Assembly: GCA_002104905.1 (NCBI GenBank)
Contig: MCFE01000086.1
Coordinates: forward strand, 1 to 64,000
Reading direction: 5' to 3'
Source of the DNA: Basidiobolus meristosporus CBS 931.73
Lineage: Eukaryota; Fungi; Basidiobolomycota
DNA length: 64,000 nucleotides
The stretch's first letter is position 1; every line of letters starts with the position of its first letter. Made by a program: the position numbers and the translations under genes. Of the stretch, positions 1 through 9,868 are shown piece by piece. The notes under the pieces were generated by a model. It saw only the letters and a list, made by a program, of their open reading frames with translations. It did not search any database and was not told the DNA's origin.

Positions 1-3000
1 TATGCTGATATTGGAGTTGACGATCGAGTTGCTTTTGCAGCCAACCCTGCCTTTGATGCAAGCACCTTTGAAGTCTGGGGACCCTTACTTAACGGAGGAA
101 CCGTGGTCGTTATAGATCGTGGTACCGTTCTTACACCCAACTCCTTTGTGCAAACCTTACAGCAAGAGCGAATAACTGTGATGTTTTTGACCACTGGCTT
201 GTTTAATCAAATGGCGGTGGCTCTGGAAGCAATATTACCACAATTCAAGATATTAATCACCGGTGGAGACGCGCCCGACTGTGGAGTCATAACGCAAGTG
301 ATGCGAAACGCCCCGCCGCAGCAACTGCTAAATGCATACGGGCCCACGGAAAGCACAACTTTTACAACTACATACAGAATTGCCGCTCCACCCGGAACAG
401 GTACAGAGATACCTATCGGTCGACCGATTGCGAATACGCGGCTTTATCTGCTGGATAAGTATGGCCAGCCACTACCATTGGGAATGATTGGTGAGTTATA
501 CATTGGGGGTGATGGCGTCGCATGCGGTTACTTGAATCGTCCCGAGTTGACAGCCGAGCGTTTCCTCCCTGACCCGTTCAGCAAGCACAAAAACGCTCGT
601 ATGTACAGAACGGGAGACTTAGCCCGCTACATGCCCGACGGCAATTTAGTTTTCCTTGGCCGGAGTGATCAACAGGTCAAAATCCGAGGATTTCGGATTG
701 AGCCCGGTGAGATTGAGGCGTGCCTGAATGAGCATCCTCAAGTGCGCGAAGCTACTGTGCTAGTATTAGGCAAGAACAATAGCAAGCGCCTTGTTGCATA
801 TGTCGTTGCTGAACCAAACAAACAGCTCGCCCACACGTTGCGCTTGCACCTCACTAACAAACTGCCAGAGTACATGATTCCAGCGGCTTTCGTGCAATTG
901 GATGTACTTCCATTAACACCTAATGGTAAAGTAGACCGACGAGCACTTCCAGAACCGAAGGATGAATCTTTTGCGCACCAAGAATATGAGGCTCCTCAAG
1001 GAGAGCTTGAAACTGTACTGGCAGCTATCTGGGCCGAGTTACTCAAGTTGGAACAAATTGGGCGCCACGATAATTTCTTTGCGCTCGGTGGGAACTCCCT
1101 ACTGGTCATGCAAATGATTGAACGGCTCCGTCGACTCGATCTAAGAGTTTCTGTGCGCGCGCTTTACGATACGCCCACTCTCAGCACACTAGTACAATCT
1201 CTAGGTCAACACTCTGAGGTGCCTACCCCACCCAACCTGATCACGCCGAATACCAGCAAGATAACGCCAGACCTACTCCCGCTGGTCAACCTCACTCAGG
1301 CTGAAATTGACCAAATCATTGAAGTGATCCCCGGTGGTGTTTCTAATATCCAAGATATATACTCATTGACTCCACTGCAAGATGGCATCCTGTTCCATCA
1401 CCTTCTGGAGACCGACAATGACCCCTATCTGGTTACTACACTACTGGCTTTCGCTGACCGGCCTTTACTCGATCGCTACTTGGAGACTATTCAGCAGTTG
1501 GTGAATCGTCATGACATTCTACGCACTGCCTTTGTATGGAGGAACCTGACTGCTCCTGTTCAGGTGGTGTGTCGCCAAGCGTTATTATCAATCAGTGAAC
1601 TTACTTTCGATTTGTCAAATGGCCCAATTAGAGATCAGCTACTTCGGTACTTTGATCCTCACAAGTATCGCGTCGACTTAACTCAGGCATCCTTGCTGCG
1701 CTACGCGGTCACTCAGGACACCGATGGTCGCTGGCTGCTTGTCCAACTGCTCCACCATGTTATAGGTGATCACTCCACAGTAGATGTGATGCAATCGGAG
1801 ATTCAGGCTTTTCTTAGTGGGCAGGGAAGTACCCTTCCACCACCACAGCCATTCCGTAATCTGGTGGCACAAGCGCGCCTAGGGCGACGCCAGAAGGAAC
1901 ATGAACAGTTCTTTACGGAGATGCTTGCCGATATTGAGGAGCCCACCCTGCCGTTCGGCTTGGGCGAGATCTATCGTGACGGATCAAAAGTAACAGAATC
2001 GCACCAGATGCTACCGCAGGATTTGAACAAAACCCTGCGTGCACAAGCTAAAAGATTGGGGGTAAGCGTGGCCGACTTATTTCACCTGGCCTGGGCTCAG
2101 GTGCTAGCTCGTTCAAGCGGCCAGGAGCGAGTGGTTTTTGGGACAGTCTTACTTGGAAGAATGCAGGCTGGCGACGGAGCGGACCAAGCATTGGGTTTAT
2201 TCATTAACACGTTACCGATACGTATTGATCTTGGTGAACGAGGTGTTCAAGAAAGCGTACAGCAAACCCATGCGGACTTGGCCGCGCTTCTTCAGCATGA
2301 ACACGCCTCGTTAGCGTTGGCACAGCGTTGTAGTAGCTTACCCGCTGGCACTCCGCTCTTTAGCGCGCTGCTCAACTACCGACATAATACAGTACCCCTT
2401 GGGAAGCACACAAGCATGTCGGGTATCGAATTCCTGAGCACGCAAGAACGCACCAACTATCCATTATTGATGTCAGTAGAGGATTTCGGGGATTCTCTTG
2501 GCCTCACTTCTCAAGCTGTGTACCCACTTGACTCTGCTCAGATATGTAACTACATGCGGCAAACATTGCAAAGCTTGGTCGATGCCCTGCAGCACAAACC
2601 AGAAATGCCTATTCACCAAATCGAGGTACTCTCTGATGACGAGCGTGAGCGCTTACTTGGGACGTTGAATGCGACAGATGCTCCGTATTCAGAGCACCGC
2701 CTACTTCACCAATTATTCGAGGAACAAGCCGAACGCACTCCTCAAGCAACCGCGCTTGTATGCGAAGGTGCATCATTAAATTACGCTGAACTGAACATTC
2801 GTGCCAACTATCTGGCTCAACATCTGATCGAGTTAGGAGTCCAGCCAGACACACGCGTGGCAATCTGCATGCAACGTGGTCCACAGATGATTATGGGATT
2901 ACTAGCGATCCTGAAATCGGGTGGTGCATATGTACCGCTTGATCCAGCATATCCGTGCGCGCGTCTTGCGCAAATCCTTGCTGATGCGACCCCTATGATT

Positions 3001-5295
3001 ATTGTAGCAGATTCAATTGGCTGTTCTGTATTGGGTGAGGCAGTCCTCTCCTCACGGACTATTGTTGATCCTGATAGGCTACCAGGGGTATCGCTTACTA
3101 ATCCGCAGATCCCGAAGCTGACCGCACGTCATCTTGCATATGTGATCTACACTTCTGGTTCCACTGGCATTCCCAAGGGTGTGATGATGGAGCATCGAGG
3201 GATCGTGAATCTCGCTCAAGCACGAAAAGCCCGTTTTGAGGTTCATCCATCCAGTCGAATACTGCAGTTTGCCTCTCTCAGCTTCGATGTGAGCATCTGG
3301 GAAATCATTTTAACCCTGAGTACCGGGGCAAGTCTATACCTCCCCCCTGACATAATCCGGCACGACTTGAAGAAGCTGTGGGAGTATATAGCGAGATATT
3401 CCGTCACTCATGCTATACTACCTCCAGCGCTGCTTCAGGATGGTGAGGGTCTACCTAGACTAGAAACACCACTGACGCTAATCCTGACAGGCGAAGCAGC
3501 AAACGCGGCGTTGTATCAAAATCTGAGCCAGCATGGTGCAGTTTACAACGCCTATGGCCCAACAGAAACTCACGCTATAACCATTTGGGCCAGTCAGCAG
3601 TGTTCTCTCAGTGCAGGATCGGTTCCGATTGGGCGGCCGATTGAGAATACCCGGCTTTACCTAGTAGATAGGCGCGGGCAACTGGTACCGTATGGAGCGG
3701 TGGGAGAGCTATACATTGCCGGAGTTTGCGTTGCTCGCGGCTATCTAAACAGGCCAGAATTGACATCAGAACGTTTTCTCCCTGATCCATTTAGCAAGGA
3801 GAACGACACTTGGATGTACAAGACTGGCGACTTGGCCCGGTACTTGCCCGATGGTAATCTGGAGTTCCTCGGCCGTAACGACCACCAGATCAAGATTCGG
3901 GGCTTTCGGATTGAGCCAGGGGAGATTAAGACACTACTTCTCAACCACCCACAAGTGCGCGAGGCGTTTGTTATGGCACAAGGCAAGGATCACAACAAGC
4001 ACCTGGTGGCCTATGTTGTGGCAGAGCCCGACGAAAGTCTGGCGCGTACTTTGCGCAATTACCTCTCCAAGAAGCTACCTGAATATATGACGCCTTCTGC
4101 CTTTCTGCGCTTAGATGAGCTGCCATTGACTCCCAACGGAAAGATTGATCGACAGGCGCTACCTACCCCCGACCATAATTCCTTTGCACTTCCGGCGTAT
4201 GAGGCTCCGCAAGGCACGATCGAGTGCACCCTTGCAGGAATCTGGGCTGAGCTGCTTGATGTCGACCGAATTGGCCGCCATGATAACTTCTTTGCGCTAG
4301 GCGGATACTCCTTGTTAGCAGTGCGAATGACTAGCCGCATTCACACAGCACTACACGTTGAGCCTCCCTTGCGCATGTTGTTTGAAGCACCTACAATCGC
4401 TGAACTCGCGCAACGCTTACTTGAACTAGACGATCATCCTCATGACTCATATGCGGTTTTGTTCCCTATCCAGCCCAAAGGAACGCTTGCTCCACTCTTC
4501 TGTGTTCATGCTGTCTCTGGTCTAAGCTGGGGCTATGTTGGCCTATCTCAGCATTTGGACCCGGATCAACCGATTTACGGGCTGCAAGCCCGTGGCCTTA
4601 ACAACAACGCCCCGCTTGCCGAGTCTATCGAGGCTATGGCTTCCGACTATATCAAGCAAATCCGCAGCATTCAGCCTCACGGGCCCTACCACTTGCTGGG
4701 GTGGTCCTTTGGTGTCTATGTCGCACACAGCATGGCGACGCAGCTCGAAAACCAGGGTGAAGCGGTGGCACTGCTCGCCATGCTTGACAGTAATCCAGAA
4801 TACACGCCACGAGCCGAGGAGACGGAGGCCGAACGAGATGATGCCTATAAGCAGTTCCTTAGCCGCTACAGCGATGGAGGGATTCCGAATGCCGGCGAAT
4901 ATTTATGGGGGAAGACCGAAAGTGTCATCAAGAACAACCTTGAGCTTGTGAAGAAATTTACTCCGCTCACAGTTCGCGGCGACGTGCTCTTCTTTCGTGC
5001 CACGATTCCTGAGCATGAGGACATCCCGCTGATCACCCCGGAGCTATGGAAACCTCATGTTCTCGGTGATATTGAGGTGCACAATATTCATTGCAAACAC
5101 CGGGAGATGGACAGGCCCACGCCAACTGCTGAAATTGGTCGGATCCTCGCGAAGACGCTACATGATATGCGCCACAGGCCGACACGCTCCGAAAGTTGGT
5201 GGGGAGTTTTACGGAGGGATGTGCGGAAATTCTGGGGAAGTTCGGATGGACTTGGAGGATTTTTTGATTTTCGGAATCTACCGTGTTGCTACTGA
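1..5295 (+). CDS. Non-ribosomal peptide synthetase, 3' part (A-T-dual E/C-A-T-TE); frame open to the window's left edge, no introns seen
   Basis: Frame 1 is open from base 1 (YADIGVDDRVAFAANPAFDASTFEVW). A-domain motifs YGPTE, YRTGDL, QVKIRGFRIEPGEIE, LTPNGKVDR and YTSGSTGIPKG. Two T domains (FFALGGNSLL, FFALGGYSLL). C domain with HHVIGD plus an upstream ILFHHLLETDND motif. TE domain LFCVH...GWSFG. Confidence 0.96.
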   Translation, partial: YADIGVDDRVAFAANPAFDASTFEVWGPLLNGGTVVVIDRGTVLTPNSFVQTLQQERITVMFLTTGLFNQMAVALEAILPQFKILITGGDAPDCGVITQVMRNAPPQQLLNAYGPTESTTFTTTYRIAAPPGTGTEIPIGRPIANTRLYLLDKYGQPLPLGMIGELYIGGDGVACGYLNRPELTAERFLPDPFSKHKNARMYRTGDLARYMPDGNLVFLGRSDQQVKIRGFRIEPGEIEACLNEHPQVREATVLVLGKNNSKRLVAYVVAEPNKQLAHTLRLHLTNKLPEYMIPAAFVQLDVLPLTPNGKVDRRALPEPKDESFAHQEYEAPQGELETVLAAIWAELLKLEQIGRHDNFFALGGNSLLVMQMIERLRRLDLRVSVRALYDTPTLSTLVQSLGQHSEVPTPPNLITPNTSKITPDLLPLVNLTQAEIDQIIEVIPGGVSNIQDIYSLTPLQDGILFHHLLETDNDPYLVTTLLAFADRPLLDRYLETIQQLVNRHDILRTAFVWRNLTAPVQVVCRQALLSISELTFDLSNGPIRDQLLRYFDPHKYRVDLTQASLLRYAVTQDTDGRWLLVQLLHHVIGDHSTVDVMQSEIQAFLSGQGSTLPPPQPFRNLVAQARLGRRQKEHEQFFTEMLADIEEPTLPFGLGEIYRDGSKVTESHQMLPQDLNKTLRAQAKRLGVSVADLFHLAWAQVLARSSGQERVVFGTVLLGRMQAGDGADQALGLFINTLPIRIDLGERGVQESVQQTHADLAALLQHEHASLALAQRCSSLPAGTPLFSALLNYRHNTVPLGKHTSMSGIEFLSTQERTNYPLLMSVEDFGDSLGLTSQAVYPLDSAQICNYMRQTLQSLVDALQHKPEMPIHQIEVLSDDERERLLGTLNATDAPYSEHRLLHQLFEEQAERTPQATALVCEGASLNYAELNIRANYLAQHLIELGVQPDTRVAICMQRGPQMIMGLLAILKSGGAYVPLDPAYPCARLAQILADATPMIIVADSIGCSVLGEAVLSSRTIVDPDRLPGVSLTNPQIPKLTARHLAYVIYTSGSTGIPKGVMMEHRGIVNLAQARKARFEVHPSSRILQFASLSFDVSIWEIILTLSTGASLYLPPDIIRHDLKKLWEYIARYSVTHAILPPALLQDGEGLPRLETPLTLILTGEAANAALYQNLSQHGAVYNAYGPTETHAITIWASQQCSLSAGSVPIGRPIENTRLYLVDRRGQLVPYGAVGELYIAGVCVARGYLNRPELTSERFLPDPFSKENDTWMYKTGDLARYLPDGNLEFLGRNDHQIKIRGFRIEPGEIKTLLLNHPQVREAFVMAQGKDHNKHLVAYVVAEPDESLARTLRNYLSKKLPEYMTPSAFLRLDELPLTPNGKIDRQALPTPDHNSFALPAYEAPQGTIECTLAGIWAELLDVDRIGRHDNFFALGGYSLLAVRMTSRIHTALHVEPPLRMLFEAPTIAELAQRLLELDDHPHDSYAVLFPIQPKGTLAPLFCVHAVSGLSWGYVGLSQHLDPDQPIYGLQARGLNNNAPLAESIEAMASDYIKQIRSIQPHGPYHLLGWSFGVYVAHSMATQLENQGEAVALLAMLDSNPEYTPRAEETEAERDDAYKQFLSRYSDGGIPNAGEYLWGKTESVIKNNLELVKKFTPLTVRGDVLFFRATIPEHEDIPLITPELWKPHVLGDIEVHNIHCKHREMDRPTPTAEIGRILAKTLHDMRHRPTRSESWWGVLRRDVRKFWGSSDGLGGFFDFRNLPCCY

Positions 5296-5764
5296 CGGGG
5301 GCGTCCAGCACGAATTTGCGTTGTAAATAAGAAGGGGATCCGGGTGCAATACTAGATTTTTTGTAGATGAGATAAAATAAAAATACTTCAGGAGCGAATT
5401 AAGCGAACATCCAATTTCCGTTGAAGTGTTTCAGGCCGTAAATGTTGGAACCCCCAATAGCTATACCATGGTGGTCAGATGCAATTCTAGATGTGGTGAA
5501 CAAACATTTACATCAGCCAAACGATCTGCAGTGAAACATGGATCTAGCACCACTTCCTCCCCATCAAGGCATCTCCAGAATCAAGAAAAATTACCCATCT
5601 ATAATGATGAAACACTTGGCTTAATATCTTGGGGAGCAATACGGGTTCGGGATTTTGTTTGGCGATTCCTCCCAGAAGAGGTAAATTGCGGTACATCAAC
5701 CACTGTCAACAGCACCCGCTCTCATCACTTGGCTGGAGAGTGTAGGGTGATATAGTGAAAATCC

Positions 5765-6265
5765 TGTTGTAGATACTGTTGCAAGTTATCATCTTAACAT
5801 CTGAAACATTCGTGCAGCATTAGTATCCACTTTGCTGATTGCGAACATCATGTACATGTGCAACCTGCTAGCTCTTTAGACAATCAAAGTCTTGAAAATA
5901 CTGAAACCGTAAAACTTGTCCAAATTGCCCCAAATTTTACACATGACTTTGAGACCTTCTTCAAAACACTCTTTTCATTACTTTGACAAAGCCCTACTAA
6001 ATGTACAAATACTACATTCTAGTGCCATAAGCCAACCAGTGAAATTGCTACTAGCAAGCTGTCTTGTGCCCTATTCATATTATCTCAACAGGTACCTTCA
6101 CTTAATTAGCGTTCCTCCCCAATTGCCATTCATTAATGGTTGAAATTTCAAGATATACCAAGTGTTCAGTTAAAACCCGGCTTCATTATATGGCATGACC
6201 GTATCATAAATATGTTTAGGAAGTATTGAGCATCTACATTGATACATTATAGAAATTGTCTTGTC
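5765..6265 (+). mobile_element. Old, diverged Copia remnant: LTR (about 5765-6090) plus gag start; probably continues at about 15379-15700
   Basis: TGTTG...CAACA ends. The inner segment 'cttgtccaaattgccccaaattttacacatg...gagaccttc' resembles the younger family's LTR. The downstream relic frame LKPGFIIWHDRIINMF resembles a Copia gag N-terminus. Confidence 0.45.
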
Positions 6266-9200
6266 ACTTCTGTTGTAAGAGTCTTGGAGATATTGGAAGT
6301 GATTGGGAGAACTAGTAGATTATGTGGTTTTCACTGTATGATTTATTGAATGTAAAAGTAGTACTTATACCTTTACATGGTGGTGGCATAATAAACACAT
6401 AGAATAGGTTTAGGAAGGTAGCAAGAACATGTGTGCAAAGTTTAGGGCTGTTTGGACAACTTTGAAAATTCTCATGTTCTGGGTACCAGATATTTTGGTG
6501 AAAATATTGTTAGTAAATCCCAACAAGGAATATGGTCAGTATTCTCTAAGATTTGTACGTAATGATCTAAGTGACTAAGTTAGGTGAATATTTAGGTGGA
6601 GTTACAAATTTTTACAACACTCCCACCCAGCTAAATGTTCATACTGACTAGTCCTAATTTCAACCTAAGATATTCAAACTTGTCTCTAGCTAATGGTTTG
6701 GTAAATATGTCTGCAATCATTTCATCTGTAGGACAGTCAACTAAGCTAACTAAGTTATTCTCTATAGCTTCATGTATGAGATGATGTCAAATATCTATGT
6801 GCTTGGTTCTAGCAAGAATAGTTGGATTTCTACCTAATTGTATACATCCTTGATTATCTTGAAATAAAGTAATAGGTGTTTTTTGGCATAGGCCTAAATC
6901 TGTAAAAAGCCTTCTTAACCACATTGCTTCTTTTGTAGCCTCACAGGCTGCCATGTACTCTGCCTCTGTGGTAGAGAGTGCTATGGTTGGTTACTTTCTT
7001 GAATTCCATGAAATTGCTTATTTACTGTAAAGAAAGGTGTGTCCTGTAGTGGATCTTCTGTCTTCCAAATTTTGTCCCCAATCAGCATCAGAGTATCCCA
7101 CAAGATCCTGTTCTGAATCTTTATAAGTGTATCTTAAGCAGATATCAGCAGTTCTTTTTAGGTATCCAAAAATCCGCTTAACTGCTGCAATATGATCAGA
7201 TCCATAGTTCTGATTATGTTGGCTGACAACTCCAACTGAATATGAGATATCTGGACATGTTCCAAGCATGATATACATCAGACTGCTGACCATAGATTGA
7301 TAAGGAAAGTCAGGGCTTTCAGATGGCACCAAGCTCTCTTGATTTGGTTGAGTTTTGACCAAGTTAAGGTTTGTCTCCATTGGGGTAGCTGCCAGTTTAC
7401 AGTCTTCCATTTGGTACTTCTTTAGTATATCTGGAATATACTTGCATTGACTTAGGGTGATAGTCTGGGTACTTCTGTCTATGGAGAACTTTATCCCTAA
7501 GTAGCAACTGAGTTCTCCTAGATTGGACATCTTGAACTCTTTAGATAGGCTGGATTTAGTCTCTTCCAATGTTGCTAGGTAATTGGTGGCTATATTAAGA
7601 TCATCCACATAAAGAGCTAATAGAACTGGATTTGCTCTATCCGGCTTATAATATATACTGTAGTCCGCATTACTCCTTTTGAAACTCAAAGATTCCAAAT
7701 AAGAATCTATCTTGCAATTCCAGGCTCTTGGTGATTGTTTGAGACCATTTAGTGACTTTTTAAGCTTGCAGACCAAATGGGGGTTGTCTTGGTCAACAAA
7801 CCCATCAGGCTGGTCCATATACATGTCCTCATCAAGTTCTCCATTCAAAAATGCAGTTTTTACATCCATTTGATGAATAAAAAACTTATATTTTGCTGCA
7901 ATAGCCAATATTAATCTGATGGAATTCAATTTGGCTACCGGTGCAAAGGTCTCAGTATGGTCAAGTCCTTTTGTTTGAGAGTATCCTTTGGCTACAAGTC
8001 TTGCTTTGTATCTTTCAATTGTGCCATCAGCCTTGTATTTCTTCTTGAAGACCCAACTGCATCCAATTGAATTTTGGTTGATTGGTAATTTGACTTAGTC
8101 CCAAGTTTGATTTTCCATCAGTGCCTGATATTCCTCAGTCATTGCAGATCTCCAAAACTTTGTCTGAGGGCTATTTAGGGCCTCTTTTACAGTCTGGGGT
8201 TCATCAATATGGACTGAATAGGCATAGGCTAAGTTTGTACCCTCATTGATATAGTAATTTGGGCTATTTCTTGTCCGATTGGATCTCTGGGCATTTGATA
8301 CTGGAATGATCACTTCTGGGATATTCCTGGGCACTGATTCTGGCTGAACCATGGTTGTAGAGTCCTCTGGAGTGAAAAAATTCTCACTGTTTTGCTCTGA
8401 TTCAATCCTGAAAATTGGTGGACTTGAGATCAAATTTTCGTCATCATCTGATGTCATTTTTTGTGAAAATTTTGAATTTTCATCAAACAACACATCCCTG
8501 GACTTGATCAGCTTCTTTGCTTTGGTATTGTAGAGTCTGTATGTCTTACTCCTGCAGTAGCCCAAAAATATGCATTTTACACTTTTTGGCTCAAATTTTG
8601 ACTGATTTCCAGCCAGTTTTTTGGCATATGCTGTACACCAAAATATTCTTAGATGCTCTGCACTTGGTCTGTATCCATACCATGCTTCAGATGGAGTAGA
8701 ATCACAAAGTATTCTGTTATAACTCCTATTTTAAGATATACAGCAGTGGCAACTGATTCCACCCAAAGATCATAGGATAACTTTTGATCATAGATCATAG
8801 ATCTTGCCATAACAATTATTGATCTGTTGGCTTGTTCTGCTACTCCATTCTGTTGTGGGGGGTATGGTACAGTAGTCTCTTGCTTTATCCCATGAATTTT
8901 GCAGAAGTGGATGAAGAGTTTTGAGGTATATTCTCCACCATTGTCAGAGCATATTTTCTTGATTTTTTCACCAGTTTCTCTCTCCACCATGGCTTTAAAC
9001 TCCCTGAACTTAGACAGAGCTTCTTCCTTTTTCTCCATCAAGTAGACCCATGTGTATCTTGTATAATCATCAATAAAAGTGATCAAATACTTCATCCCAC
9101 CTAAGGATAAATTTTGCAGAGGTCCACACAGATCTGAGTGAATTAGATCTAATTTTTTTCTTAGTTTTGATTAACCCAGAGCTCTTGAACAGCTGTCTGG

Positions 9201-9868
9201 CTTGTTTCCCATATATGCAGGCTTCACAGTGCTCCAAAATAGCTGGGGGATCAATTTTCACTTCAGAAATTAGCTGATCTTTGATCATTTTACGCAAATA
9301 ATCAAAATTGATGTGTCCAAATCTCCTGTGCCAAAGCATTGGTGTTTCTTCATTTAAGTGACTTATTTTGGCTTCCAAATATGATGGAATATAAGTCAAC
9401 TTGTATAGATTCTGATCTCTGATGCCCAAAGCAATATGGGCACCATTTTGATCAGTGATCCTGCATCCAGAATTGTCAAAACTGAGTCCTTCTGCTGTGG
9501 CCTTGCTTATGTTGTAAGAGTCTTGGAGATATTGGAAGTGATTTGGAGAACAAGTAGATTATGTGGTTTTCACTTAATGATTTATTGAATGTAAAAGTAG
9601 TATTTATACTTTTACATGGTCTTGGCATTACAAACACGAGAATAGGTTAAGGAAGGTCCCAAGAACATGTGTGCAAAGTTTGGGGCTGTTTGGACCACTT
9701 TGAGAATTTTCATGTTCTGGGTACCTGGTATTTTGGTGAAAATATTCCAAGTAAATCCCAACAAGGAATTTGGTCAGTATTCTCTAGGATTTGAAGGTGA
9801 TGATCTAAGTGACTAAGTTAGGTGAATATTTTGGTGGAAAATACAAATTTTTACAACACTCCCACCCA

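Noticed and set aside
1-5295. Whole window as a bacterial or endosymbiont contig
   Set aside because: Spliceosomal introns, LTR retrotransposons and eukaryote-specific genes dominate; only the NRPS looks bacterial.
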